Assembly (NCBI GenBank): GCA_035354275.1
Contig: DAOQAU010000001.1
Location: 42,377 to 106,376 of the forward strand
Length of the DNA stretch: 64,000 nt
Reading direction: 5' to 3'
Source of the DNA: Candidatus Gastranaerophilaceae bacterium
GTDB taxonomy: Bacteria; Cyanobacteriota; Vampirovibrionia; Gastranaerophilales; Gastranaerophilaceae
The notes under the pieces were generated by a model. That model was not told the DNA's origin. It searched no databases and was given only the letters and a program-made list of their open reading frames with translations. A program made the translations under genes and the position numbers. This document shows positions 1-11,251 of this stretch, piece after piece (position 1 is the first letter of the stretch; each line of letters opens with the position of its first letter).

Positions 1-333
1 CCTTGCTTTGAACATAGGAACGGGAACTATTTGATAACATTTATCCAAATCACCCGTTTTTAGCCAAAAAGTGTGCATAAATTTTGCCTGATAGTAGGCT
101 AAATCCCTTTGTTTATGGTATTTAATTCCTCTTATAAGTTTTTGCAATTCGCCTTCATAAACACCCGCACAGAACACTTTTACACCGCAAATTTCTCTTT
201 GCTCGAATTCGGGCAGATGCTCAAGGTTAGAAAAGCACTTTGAACACATTTTTACGCTCTCTTGTGAAGAAGAACAAAAATAACATTTCTTTTTATAAAT
301 CCAATCCAGACAGTATGAAATAAATTTTTTCAT
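1..333 (-). CDS. ComF-family (ComFC-like) protein, N-terminal part only (continues beyond window start)
   Basis: My own minus-strand translation from the ATG at 331-333 gives MKKFISYCLDWIYKKKCYFCSSSQESVKMCSKCFSNL...RGIKYHKQRDLAYYQAKF. It has a CxxC...CxxC zinc ribbon followed by a ComF-type KYhkqRdLA block. The frame stays open to position 1. Confidence 0.6.
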   Translation of the reverse strand, partial: MKKFISYCLDWIYKKKCYFCSSSQESVKMCSKCFSNLEHLPEFEQREICGVKVFCAGVYEGELQKLIRGIKYHKQRDLAYYQAKFMHTFWLKTGDLDKCYQIVPVPMFKAR

Positions 334-387
334 AGAAAAATTATACAATAGATATTTACATGTTAAAATATAGTTTGAGGAGAGAAA

Positions 388-1755
388 ATGTCAATTATAA
401 TAATGCTTCTTCTTTTAAGTGTATTAATTCTGGTTCACGAAGCCGGACACTTTATTGCCGCGCGTTATTTTAAAATCAAAGTTGACAAATTCGGATTCGG
501 GCTTCCGATAGGACCGACTCTTTATGAAACAAAATGGGGCGATACAAAAATTCTTATTCACGCATTTTTGTTAGGCGGGTATGTCGCATTCCCAGATGAC
601 GAAAAAGATTGTGAGCTTTCAAAAGATTCTCCCGAAAGGTTTATTAATAAACCGGTTTACCAGCGTGCGATTGTAGTTTCAGCCGGTGTTTTTGCAAATA
701 TCTTATGTGCTTTTTTCTTTGTATTTTTAACAGCCGCCCTTTGGGGAAATCTTCCTTCTGGCAAGTACGAAATATATGTAAACGACATCGTTGCGCCCAA
801 ACAAGAAAGCATTTGGCAGTCAGGATTACAAAAAAAAGACAGAATTATTGAAATTAACGGAACAAAAGTAGAGAACACATACGCGCTTTTAGATTTTATA
901 AAAATGAGCAAATCCTATGACGGAAAAATTGATGCAAATACAAAAACGGACAATTATTTGCGGCTAAAAGCCCTAAATTCTGTTTTTACACAAGATGAAA
1001 TCATACCCGAAGGTATTGCGGTCAAATTACCTGAAAAAACTTTTGAAGCACCGGTAAAAATAGAACAAAAAGTCTTAAAAGGAATGAAAAAACACGTTGA
1101 TAAACAGATTTCTTTAAATTCCAAACAGACAAAATTAAGAGATAAGCTCATCGGACAAACAGCTTACATTTCAGACGGAACTTGCACTTTAGATGATTTG
1201 GCTTATGCGATTTCCGATAATTCAAGACCTTTGGATATAAAAGTTTTAAGAAACGGAAAAACAATTAATCTCAAAACTGTTTATGCAAATAAAAAAGGGC
1301 TTTTAGGAATAAAATTGGAAGCAAAAGAGGTTTTAATCCCGACAAAGACCCCTCAACAAGTAATTACAAAAGGGACAAAATACCTTTGGGACAACACTTA
1401 TATGCTTTTATACGGGCTTTACCAGATCTTCAGCGGTCAAATCCCGCTTAAAGACCTGCACGGAATTGTCGCAATAACAAAAGTGGGCGGAGATATAATT
1501 ACAAACAGCGGAATTTTCTTCGGATTGCTTTTAATCGCAATAATCTCAATGGATTTGGCAATAATAAACTTCCTTCCGATTCCCGCACTCGACGGCGGAC
1601 ACATAATGTTTTTGATTATAGAAAAGCTTCGCGGAAAACCCCTTGACGAAAAAGTTATCGACAAAATAGGCTCCGTCGGCTTTGCTTTTCTGATAACATT
1701 AATGGTTTTTGTAATCTTTAACGACATTGCAGGCTTAATTACAAAAAAATTCTAA
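388..1755 (+). CDS. rseP: RIP metalloprotease RseP (M50 site-2 protease)
   Basis: HEAGH zinc motif at the N-terminus, a central PDZ-like region, and the NFLPIPALDGGH motif near the C-terminus. Multiple TM segments. Confidence 0.85.
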   Translation: MSIIIMLLLLSVLILVHEAGHFIAARYFKIKVDKFGFGLPIGPTLYETKWGDTKILIHAFLLGGYVAFPDDEKDCELSKDSPERFINKPVYQRAIVVSAGVFANILCAFFFVFLTAALWGNLPSGKYEIYVNDIVAPKQESIWQSGLQKKDRIIEINGTKVENTYALLDFIKMSKSYDGKIDANTKTDNYLRLKALNSVFTQDEIIPEGIAVKLPEKTFEAPVKIEQKVLKGMKKHVDKQISLNSKQTKLRDKLIGQTAYISDGTCTLDDLAYAISDNSRPLDIKVLRNGKTINLKTVYANKKGLLGIKLEAKEVLIPTKTPQQVITKGTKYLWDNTYMLLYGLYQIFSGQIPLKDLHGIVAITKVGGDIITNSGIFFGLLLIAIISMDLAIINFLPIPALDGGHIMFLIIEKLRGKPLDEKVIDKIGSVGFAFLITLMVFVIFNDIAGLITKKF

Positions 1756-1845
1756 TTTTATAACGAATTTGAAAAATACAGCAAATATATGGTCTAAATC
1801 CCGCTAAATTGTATTATCTTTGTATGATAAAGTGAGGGCTATTAT

Positions 1846-2490
1846 ATGGTTGATAAAATTACAATTGAACTGGATGAACAATTTCTTAAAAAGTTTTTCG
1901 GGCTTACGGAAAAATTTATCCCCGAAGATCAGGAAATAACTCTTTTGATGCTAAGAAAGCAACTCGAAGAAATTGAAGAAGCAATATTTAATGCAAAAAT
2001 GACCTCTTCTGCTGCTGCGGCTGCGCCTGCATATCAAAAACCATCAGGTCCGCAAGCTCCGACAAATGTCGATGCCTTTGGCGAAGAAATACATAACGGA
2101 GATGAGTTCAATGTACCTAAAAAAAGTATTTTGATAATTGATGATCTTGGGGTTATAACTTACCAACTCAGTGTTTTATTTAGGAATATGGGTTATTACG
2201 TTGTTGACTCAAAAGAAATTTATGATGCCATAGAAAAATTCAAAAAAAATAATTTCGACTTGGTTATTATGGATTTATTTATACCGACCGAAAGAGAAGG
2301 TTTTATCTTACTTGAAGAACTGAAAAAGACTTCTCTAAGCAAACAAAAACAAGCAAGAATAGGTATTATGTCGGCCTCTGCCAAAAAAGAACACAAACAA
2401 ATCTGCAAGATGAAAGGTGCCGAATTCTACGTCGAAAAAGTAGATGACTGGCAAAAAGAACTTATTAATGTAATTCAAAATTTAAGTTAG
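1846..2490 (+). CDS. Response regulator with a receiver domain only and a ~95 aa N-terminal extension
   Basis: REC signatures ILIIDDLG, DLVIMDLFIP (acceptor Asp) and IGIMSASAK. An Ala/Pro-rich linker follows the unknown N-terminal region. No output domain. Confidence 0.75.
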   Translation: MVDKITIELDEQFLKKFFGLTEKFIPEDQEITLLMLRKQLEEIEEAIFNAKMTSSAAAAAPAYQKPSGPQAPTNVDAFGEEIHNGDEFNVPKKSILIIDDLGVITYQLSVLFRNMGYYVVDSKEIYDAIEKFKKNNFDLVIMDLFIPTEREGFILLEELKKTSLSKQKQARIGIMSASAKKEHKQICKMKGAEFYVEKVDDWQKELINVIQNLS

Positions 2491-3416
2491 CCTTTTAATG
2501 CGTCTGCTCCTGATACGACTTCCAAAAGTTCCTGTGTAATTGCAGCCTGACGTGCTTTGTTGTAGTCGATTGTAAGTGTTCGTATCATCTCTTCGGCGTT
2601 ATTTGAAGCGGCAGACATTGCTGTCATCCTTGAAGCCAATTCGCTTGCCTGCGCTTCCAAAAGCGATTGAAATATAGTATTTGTAATATACATCGGAACA
2701 ACTTTTTGTAAGATACTGTGTTCATTAGGTTCAAAAATCATAACAGGATCAATTTTTACCGCCGATTCTGTTTTTAAATCTTCTTCAGCATTTATAGGCA
2801 ATAAATTCCATTTTTCTGCCAAATAAGACATCATATTTTTGAATTTTGTCGTAAAAATTTCTATAGTGTCAATTTCTCCGGAAACGTAAGCCTGAGAAAG
2901 GTCTTCAGCAACATATTGAGCACCTGCAGCAGAAATTTCGCCTGCCACTTTTATATAAGTTTTTACGATTTCAAATCCGTAATCTTCGGCTTTTCTTTTT
3001 AAAGCTGCATTTCCTTTTTGTCCGATAATAAAGAGTTTACAGTTAATTCCTTGCTGTTTATATTCTTCAATTGTTTTAATAGTATTTCTTACCACGTTTG
3101 CATTATAAGCACCTGCAAGTCCCTTGTTTGAAGTTATAACCAAAAGCCCTGCTGTTTTAACTTCGTGCTTTTTGAGCAATTCAGGGTAATTATCTATTGC
3201 CAGTTTAATTTTTAAACCTTCGGAAGAATAATCACCGACTGCCGACAAAAGCTTTTTGAAGGCAATTATCAGCTCCTCGCTGAAAGGTCTTGAAGCTTTT
3301 ACCGCATTTTCCGCTTTTTTAACGTTTGCGGCAGCAACCATTTTCATCGCACGGGTAATTTTCTTCGTGTTCTGAACGCTTAGTATTCTGCTTTTTATGT
3401 CCTTAAGATTTGCCAT
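2487..3416 (-). CDS. atpG: F0F1 ATP synthase subunit gamma
   Basis: N-terminus MANLKDIKSRILSVQNTKKITRAMKMVAAA and C-terminus ITQELLEVVSGADAL are typical of gamma. It follows the alpha gene in the operon. Confidence 0.95.
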   Translation of the reverse strand: MANLKDIKSRILSVQNTKKITRAMKMVAAANVKKAENAVKASRPFSEELIIAFKKLLSAVGDYSSEGLKIKLAIDNYPELLKKHEVKTAGLLVITSNKGLAGAYNANVVRNTIKTIEEYKQQGINCKLFIIGQKGNAALKRKAEDYGFEIVKTYIKVAGEISAAGAQYVAEDLSQAYVSGEIDTIEIFTTKFKNMMSYLAEKWNLLPINAEEDLKTESAVKIDPVMIFEPNEHSILQKVVPMYITNTIFQSLLEAQASELASRMTAMSAASNNAEEMIRTLTIDYNKARQAAITQELLEVVSGADALKG

Positions 3417-3429
3417 TATTATCCTTTTT

Positions 3430-3520
3430 GAGTGAATAAGTGTATTTTTTGTTATTATATTTTTTTGCGAAGCAAATAATTGAACCTATTCACCTATTTA
3501 CTTATTCACTTATTTACTTC
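3430..3520. repeat. Stop-rich 7/8-nt tandem tract pair between atpA and atpG
   Basis: GAGTGAATAAGTG at 3430-3442 and CCTATTCACCTATTTACTTATTCACTTATTTACTTC at 3485-3520. The second reads GTGAATA/GTAAATA on the atpA sense strand. The two arms are partly complementary. Confidence 0.75.
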
Positions 3521-3527
3521 TATATTT

Positions 3528-5596
<2,069 letters not shown>

Positions 5597-5607
<11 letters not shown>

Positions 5608-6118
5608 AATTTAACCTGTCCAATTCTTCTATACTTTCGTTTATGTATTTTTCGTGCAATTCAGGGTTGCTCACAAGCGAATTTGTAATATGGCTTTTTG
5701 CCGCCTCGATAGAAGCCTTTGATGCCTTTTGAGTAAGTTTTGAAATAATCATTTTTTCTTCGGCATCAATAATTTTTTTTGCATTTGTCCCGATATTTTC
5801 AACCTGTTTTTTAGCGTCATCTAAAATCTTTTCTCCAATAACATGCGCACTTGCTTTTGCCTCTTTTATCATCTCCTCAAGCTCTTGAGGAAGATTTTCG
5901 ACTAACTTTTCAACTTGTTTCAAATTTGCATGTGCTTCTTCCTTGCTTTTTTTTGCCGCTTCGATAGCTTCGACTATTTTTGTGTGAAGCGATTCGATAG
6001 CTTTTTTTATGTCGATTTTTTTGAAAATCCAAATAAAAATTGCAGCAAAAAAGATAAAATTGAAGGTGTTTGATTCAACTATAATATGCCATATTTGCTG
6101 TATTTGTTGATTAATCAT
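5597..6118 (-). CDS. atpF: F0F1 ATP synthase subunit b
   Basis: 173 aa with a single N-terminal TM helix and a long charged coiled coil. Second of two b-type genes after subunit c. Confidence 0.85.
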
Positions 6119-6121
6119 CTT

Positions 6122-6535
6122 TTATCCCAATATTTTTGTAGAAATTGTCTGCGCAAGTTTTTTTACTTCATCTTCCAAAACTTTTTGTGCCTCAGCTTTT
6201 GACTTTTCAAGCTCTTCTTTTGCCCCTGAAACTTCTTCTGACGCTCTTTTTTGGGCGATTCCGGTTAAGTCCGCTTTTTGCCTTTTTGCGCTTTCTGAGG
6301 TATCAAAAATTATTTTTTTGGCTCTTGTTTTGGATTCTTCGACTTTGTTTTCTTTGTCGGCAATTAATGCTTCGGATTTTTGCTTTGCCAAATTTGCCTG
6401 ATGATACTGCTCATCAAGAAATTCCTGCCTTTGGCTGACTATTTTGCTCAACGGTTTGTAGAAAATCCCGTTCATAATCAGCACAAATACAATAAAACTT
6501 ATTGCCGAAACTATAAATGTTGCGTTAAATTCCAT
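6122..6535 (-). CDS. F0F1 ATP synthase subunit b' (second b-type stalk subunit)
   Basis: 137 aa with an N-terminal TM helix and a charged helix. It lies immediately after subunit c, as in cyanobacterial atpI-H-G-F-D-A-C operons. Confidence 0.8.
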   Translation of the reverse strand: MEFNATFIVSAISFIVFVLIMNGIFYKPLSKIVSQRQEFLDEQYHQANLAKQKSEALIADKENKVEESKTRAKKIIFDTSESAKRQKADLTGIAQKRASEEVSGAKEELEKSKAEAQKVLEDEVKKLAQTISTKILG

Positions 6536-6547
6536 TTTTGTCCTTTT

Positions 6548-6650
6548 TAGTTGAAAAGTCGAACAGTCGATAAGTTGAAAAGTTTATGAGAGTATAAGAT
6601 TATGAGTTTATAAGTTTTCTTCTCACTCCTCACATCTCACCTCTCACTAC
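6548..6650. repeat. Stop-rich 7/8-nt tandem tracts, including the dispersed 36-bp unit
   Basis: AGTTGAAAAGTCGAACAGTCGATAAGTTGAAAAGTT (also at 23311 and 58731), then a TATGAGnn/TATAAGnn octamer run, then CTCACTCCTCACATCTCACCTCTCACTAC. The last tract abuts the subunit c stop codon and reads GTGAnnn on its sense strand. Confidence 0.8.
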
Positions 6651-6902
6651 TTACCCCATCATGCCTGACAGTTTAAGCGCGATAACAAAAGCGTAAAGTG
6701 CGCAAGCTTCTGATAATGCCGCACCCAACAAGAAAAATCCTACTGCTTTTCCTGCTATCTCTGGTTGTCTTGCAACTGATTCCAAAAATCCTTTTGTAGC
6801 AACCCCGATACCGAGCCCTGCACCCACTGCACCGAATCCGATTGCGATACCTGCACCTAACTGTGCCATTTCCGATAATGTTTTAATTTCTTCTGCTGCC
6901 AT
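6651..6902 (-). CDS. atpE: F0F1 ATP synthase subunit c
   Basis: 83 aa two-helix hairpin proteolipid. GAGLGIG glycine motif, ARQPE loop, and conserved Glu in the second helix (LSEA). Confidence 0.95.
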   Translation of the reverse strand: MAAEEIKTLSEMAQLGAGIAIGFGAVGAGLGIGVATKGFLESVARQPEIAGKAVGFFLLGAALSEACALYAFVIALKLSGMMG

Positions 6903-6942
6903 AATTTTTCTCCTTTTTTATTCTAATTTCTATTTCCTATTT

Positions 6943-7635
6943 TTAGTGATGTTCGGGTTCTTCAACCGCCATTGCAATGTAGGCGATAGTAAGCATCATA
7001 AATACCATTGCCTGAATACATGCTACCAGCACTTCAAAAAACATTATAGGAAGCGGCAGGAAGTATGCGCACATTCCCAAAAGTGCCGAAACAAGTATTT
7101 CGCCTGCCAAAATGTTGGCAAAAAGCCGCAGTGCAAGCGTTAGCGGTCTTGTAAACATATCAAGAACTTCCACAAGAGCAAGAATTATCGATATAAAATC
7201 AAACCCGTGCAAAAAGTATTTCGGGCCTTTTTTCTTTACTCCGGTAAAAACATAATAAACCAAAACAATGATTGCCATCGCCGCTGTCATGTTAATATCG
7301 TTTGTCGGGGATGCAAGCTCTCCTTGCTTAAGCTGAATAAGCCTTAAGGGAAGCTGCCCCATTAAATTTGCCGTTATGATAAATAAAAACAAAGAGGCAA
7401 CAAGAGGAATGTGTTTTCTGCCTTCTTTTCCTATCATAGAATCGGTCAAGTCCCAGAAAAATCCCATTAAACTCTCTGAAAATGCCTGAATTTTTGAAGG
7501 AATAAGAGTTAATTTGCGGGTGGCAATCAGCGCAAAAATAATAAGAAACGCCATTGCAGTCCACATAGTCACCAATGTGTCCATATTGAAACTGTAATTA
7601 CCAACCTGCGCTATCCAGTGCCCTGCTTCGCTCAT
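6943..7635 (-). CDS. atpB: F0F1 ATP synthase subunit a
   Basis: Polytopic 230 aa protein with the LALRLFANILAGE motif carrying the essential Arg. First gene of the operon. Confidence 0.93.
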   Translation of the reverse strand: MSEAGHWIAQVGNYSFNMDTLVTMWTAMAFLIIFALIATRKLTLIPSKIQAFSESLMGFFWDLTDSMIGKEGRKHIPLVASLFLFIITANLMGQLPLRLIQLKQGELASPTNDINMTAAMAIIVLVYYVFTGVKKKGPKYFLHGFDFISIILALVEVLDMFTRPLTLALRLFANILAGEILVSALLGMCAYFLPLPIMFFEVLVACIQAMVFMMLTIAYIAMAVEEPEHH

Positions 7636-7762
7636 CTACTTCCCTCGCTATGGTTATTGTAGCATTTAATTTTGTTTTGGCAAATTATTTCGATATATAA
7701 ATATGAAACAGGTTCAGGCGCCTTTTCTTTTCCCGCCTCTTTCTTATGATATAATCAATCAA

Positions 7763-8485
7763 ATGAAGTTAATCTTTTTTGAAAAAATAGATTCTACCAA
7801 CACTTATGCCAAATTAAACATTGACGATTTGGAAGATAAAAGCGTTGTTTACACGAATTTTCAAACCAGAGGCAGGGGAAGATTTGACAGAAGCTGGGTA
7901 AATCTGGGCTCTGAAAATATCTACATGACAATTATTCTTAAGCCCTCCGAAAAATTTGAACAAAACTATTCGAATTTAACCCAATATTTATCCCTTTGTC
8001 TTTGCAAACAGCTGAAAGAACCGGGATTAACCCCCCAAATAAAATGGCCAAATGATGTTTTGGTAAACGGGAAAAAAATAGCAGGAATTCTGGCTGAAAC
8101 TGTCATCAAAGGAGGCAACCTTAAGGGAATAGCACTTGGAATAGGGGTTAATTTAAATGCTGATTTACAAGATGTTTTAAATATTGACCGCCCAGCCACA
8201 AGTCTGAATCTTGAATTGGGCAAAAATATTGATAAACCCAAATTTATGAAAAAATTACTGGAAGAATTTTTTGAAAGCTATGACGATTTTTTAAAGCATG
8301 GGTTTAAATTTATAAAAGAAGATTACGAAAAAAGGGCATGCTTTTTAGGACAAAACCTTAAAGTAGTAATTTTTGACATAATAAAAGAAGGCTATTGCAA
8401 AGGTCTTGATGACTTTGGGAATTTAATTCTGACAGACAAAAACGGGCATGAACAAAGTATTAATATGGGCGAAATAATTGAATAA
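7763..8485 (+). CDS. birA: Biotin--[acetyl-CoA-carboxylase] ligase (group I, no HTH domain)
   Basis: GRGRFDRSW biotin-binding loop and KWPNDVLVNGKKIAGIL. The start was moved to the internal ATG (MKLIFFEKIDSTN). The track ORF begins at 7703. Confidence 0.8.
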   Translation: MKLIFFEKIDSTNTYAKLNIDDLEDKSVVYTNFQTRGRGRFDRSWVNLGSENIYMTIILKPSEKFEQNYSNLTQYLSLCLCKQLKEPGLTPQIKWPNDVLVNGKKIAGILAETVIKGGNLKGIALGIGVNLNADLQDVLNIDRPATSLNLELGKNIDKPKFMKKLLEEFFESYDDFLKHGFKFIKEDYEKRACFLGQNLKVVIFDIIKEGYCKGLDDFGNLILTDKNGHEQSINMGEIIE

Positions 8486-8524
8486 AAAAGGGCGCGAAAG
8501 TTAAAAACTTTCGCGCCCTTTTTT
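8484..8524. terminator. Bidirectional rho-independent terminator
   Basis: Perfect 13-bp stem GGGCGCGAAAGTT/AACTTTCGCGCCC with an A-run on the left and a T-run on the right. It lies between convergent birA and the DegT gene. Confidence 0.85.
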
Positions 8525-8532
8525 ATAATATT

Positions 8533-9657
8533 CTAAACCCCTACAGGATTTTTTGTTTTATTAATACATTCAACAACCGTATTTACGACCGTTTTTTGCT
8601 CATCAAGCGTCAATTCAGGGAACATCGGCAAAGAAATAACGACTTTGGTATCGGCTTCTGTTGCAGGAAGCGAGCCTTCTTTAACACCCAAATACTCATG
8701 AACTTTTTGCAGGTGCAAAGGTACGGGGTAATAAAGCATAGCACCTATTCCAGCCTCTTGAAGCATTTTGTGAACTTCATCGCGGTTAGGAATTTTTATC
8801 GTGTACTGGTGATAAACGCAGTAAGTGTCATCCAACTCTTTTGGTGTTTGAACGTCAGCGCAGTTTGCAAAAAGTTCATTATATCTGTAAGCATTTTGGC
8901 GTCTTTTTTTATTCCATTCGTCAATATGTTTGAATTTTACTCTCAAAATTGCCGCCTGAACCTCATCAAGTCTGCTGTTTACGCCGATTTCGTCATGGTA
9001 GTATCTGACAGCTCCGCCATGGTTTCTTAAGCCAATAACTCTGTCTTTTATACTTTGAGAATTTGTGGTCAACAGTCCGCCGTCACCCATAGCTCCCAAA
9101 TTTTTTGTGGGGAAGAAACTGAAACATCCCACATCGCCAAATGAACCCACCATTTTGCCTTTGTATTTTGCTCCTATTGCCTGACAGCAATCTTCAATTA
9201 CATAAAGATTGTGTTTTTTTGCAATATCCATGATTACATCCATATTGCAAGGCTGACCGTAAAGGTGAACGGGAATTATCGCCTTTGTTTTAGGTGTAAT
9301 GGCATTTTCTATTTTCTCAACATCAATGTTAAAAGTGTCAGGGTCAATATCTACAAAAACCGGTTTGGCACCCACAATTCCGATTGCCTCTGTCGTTGCA
9401 ACAAAAGTAAAAGCTACAGAAATAACCTCGTCGCCTGCTCCTATGTCAAGTGCTCTAAGTGCAAGATGAAGCGCATCTGTGCCCGAATTAAGCGCAATGG
9501 CATGCTTTACTCCGATATATTCAGAAAGCTCTTTTTCAAGTTCTTTATTGTGATTTCCCAAAATATAAGAACCTGAGCGCAAAACCGCTACAACTTCTTT
9601 TTCAATCTCTTTTCCAATCTTGTCATACTGTCTTTTTAAATCCAAAATAGGTATCAT
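8533..9657 (-). CDS. DegT/DnrJ/EryC1/StrS family PLP-dependent sugar aminotransferase
   Basis: NSGTDALHLAL motif and FSFFPTKNLGAMGDGG with the PLP-binding Lys. 374 aa. Confidence 0.88.
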   Translation of the reverse strand: MIPILDLKRQYDKIGKEIEKEVVAVLRSGSYILGNHNKELEKELSEYIGVKHAIALNSGTDALHLALRALDIGAGDEVISVAFTFVATTEAIGIVGAKPVFVDIDPDTFNIDVEKIENAITPKTKAIIPVHLYGQPCNMDVIMDIAKKHNLYVIEDCCQAIGAKYKGKMVGSFGDVGCFSFFPTKNLGAMGDGGLLTTNSQSIKDRVIGLRNHGGAVRYYHDEIGVNSRLDEVQAAILRVKFKHIDEWNKKRRQNAYRYNELFANCADVQTPKELDDTYCVYHQYTIKIPNRDEVHKMLQEAGIGAMLYYPVPLHLQKVHEYLGVKEGSLPATEADTKVVISLPMFPELTLDEQKTVVNTVVECINKTKNPVGV

Positions 9658-10105
9658 AACTATCTCCTTTATTTCAATTTTTCCGCATCCTCTATTTTAA
9701 GTTTATCACACCCCCGCCAAGCCTTTATATTAACTTAATATGAACCTAAAAAGCTGAAGAATAAACCCCCTCTTGATAATCTCTTTGTTACAATTTCTTA
9801 ACAAAAGTTTTTTTCTGAGGCAATAACTTTTAAAAAAAAAACTTTATATAAGAGTAAGGGAAAAGGAATTATAACTTTAGGGTTAAATTTCAAATAATAT
9901 GTTCATAACAATGAACTATTAAAACAAAGATTTCATTTTATACTCTCTCTCTTAATATCCTCGTGTTTATTTAATGTTTGCTCCAAAAGGGCAAACTTTT
10001 TTTTGCAAGCGAGCAGAGGCACGAACGAAGTGAGAGTCGAACAACAATAATCGGAAACCACGCTTTCCGATTTTGTTGTGAGCGTTGCCGTTTAATGCGA
10101 GCGCA

Positions 10106-10190
10106 GGTGCTACGCACGTAGCCACTCTGTATAGATTGATGAAAATTCCCTCAACCCATGTCTTTTGGCTTTTAGAAAATGCGCCAGTGT
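10106..10190 (+). repeat. Dispersed ~80-bp repeat, copy A (palindrome GCTACGCACGTAGC plus a short conserved ORF start)
   Basis: GGTGCTACGCACGTAGCCACTCTGTATAGATTGATGAAAATTCCCTCAACCCATGTCTTTTGG aligns with 18091-18178 at roughly 80 percent identity by eye. Confidence 0.8.
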
Positions 10191-10289
10191 GTATTTTGTT
10201 TATTGCGAGCGCAGAAAGACGTTTTTAAAGGTTATGCTGCCAAAGCAGCAAAAAAACATGCTTTAATAAATCATGTTAAAATAATATCT

Positions 10290-11114
10290 ATGACTAAATT
10301 AAGAATTTTTCTCGGGTATTTCATTTTAATTATAATCTCGCTGAGCATGCTTTTGCCGTTTTTTGCGATGCTGAGTCTTTCATTCATGCCGGGAAGCGAA
10401 ATTTTTTCCTATCCGCCAAAATTGTTTTCAAAAAATATCACGGTGCAAAATTACTTTAGCGTTTTTACATCAATCCCCGTTACAAGATATTTTTTAAACA
10501 GCCTTTTTGTTGCAACAATAACCACAATAGGACAAGTTTTTTTCGCAGCACTTGCGGGATATGCTTTTGCAAGGCTTAAATTTAAAGGTAAAGATATTTT
10601 ATTTTTTATTTTCTTAATAACCATGATGATTCCGCCTCAGGTGAATATAATCCCGCTTTTCTTTTTAATGCGCGAACTTCATCTGGTGGACACTTATCAA
10701 GCACTTATTATACCTGGCTTTTTCGGCGGGTTTGGAGTTTTTATGCTCAGGCAGTATTTTTTGAATTTGCCCAAAGAACTGGAAGAATCTTCCAAAATCG
10801 ACGGCTGCAATATTTTTCAAATGTTTTTTAAAATCGCGCTTCCGCTTGCGCTGCCTGCTGTTGCAACCCTTGCGATATTTACTTTTGTATCAAGCTGGAA
10901 CAGTTTTATGTGGCCTTTGATTATAACAAGCTCTGATTCAATGAGAACTTTACCTGTGGGTTTGGCGGCTTTTAAAGGAAGTTTCAGAGAAGTTACCATG
11001 TGGGGGGATTTGTTGGCATGTGCGGTTATTTGCACTTTGCCTGTTGTCGGAATTTTTCTTCTGGGTAAAAAATATTTCATAAACGATCTTTTGCAAGGCG
11101 GGGTTAAAGAGTAA
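10290..11114 (+). CDS. Carbohydrate-type ABC transporter permease (MalG/UgpE-like), orphan
   Basis: EAA-loop region EESSKIDGCNIFQMFFKIALPLALPA and six TM segments. The start is set at MTKLRIF, because the upstream part of the track ORF (10179-10289) crosses the repeat element. Confidence 0.8.
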   Translation: MTKLRIFLGYFILIIISLSMLLPFFAMLSLSFMPGSEIFSYPPKLFSKNITVQNYFSVFTSIPVTRYFLNSLFVATITTIGQVFFAALAGYAFARLKFKGKDILFFIFLITMMIPPQVNIIPLFFLMRELHLVDTYQALIIPGFFGGFGVFMLRQYFLNLPKELEESSKIDGCNIFQMFFKIALPLALPAVATLAIFTFVSSWNSFMWPLIITSSDSMRTLPVGLAAFKGSFREVTMWGDLLACAVICTLPVVGIFLLGKKYFINDLLQGGVKE

Positions 11115-11132
11115 AAAGTAAATAGTAAATGG
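11111..11132 (+). repeat. Stop-rich heptamer tract overlapping the permease stop codon
   Basis: GAG TAA AAAGTAAATAGTAAATGG. GTAAA(T/A) units begin at the stop codon itself. Confidence 0.65.
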
Positions 11133-11251
11133 AGAGCGGGCAAAAACCTTTCCGCCCATTCACCGAATATAACCCACCTGACCAGTTTAAATATATTCTT
11201 AAATCTATTATCATCCTAGGTAGTCTTTTGTTCAAAGTTCAGGATTAAAAA

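Noticed and set aside
10179-10289. N-terminal 37 codons of the track ORF for the ABC permease
   Set aside because: This stretch runs through the dispersed repeat and a TGCGAGCG motif and encodes no permease-like sequence. The internal ATG at 10290 gives a normal MalG-type N-terminus.
9658-10289. tRNA, rRNA or other known RNA genes in the larger intergenic regions (also 15919-16113, 16429-16764, 19061-19322, 23155-23419 and 42728-42974)
   Set aside because: By eye, these regions show no tRNA T-arm or acceptor signatures (GGTTCGAATCC-like) and no rRNA-like conserved blocks. A covariance-model scan would be needed to be certain.
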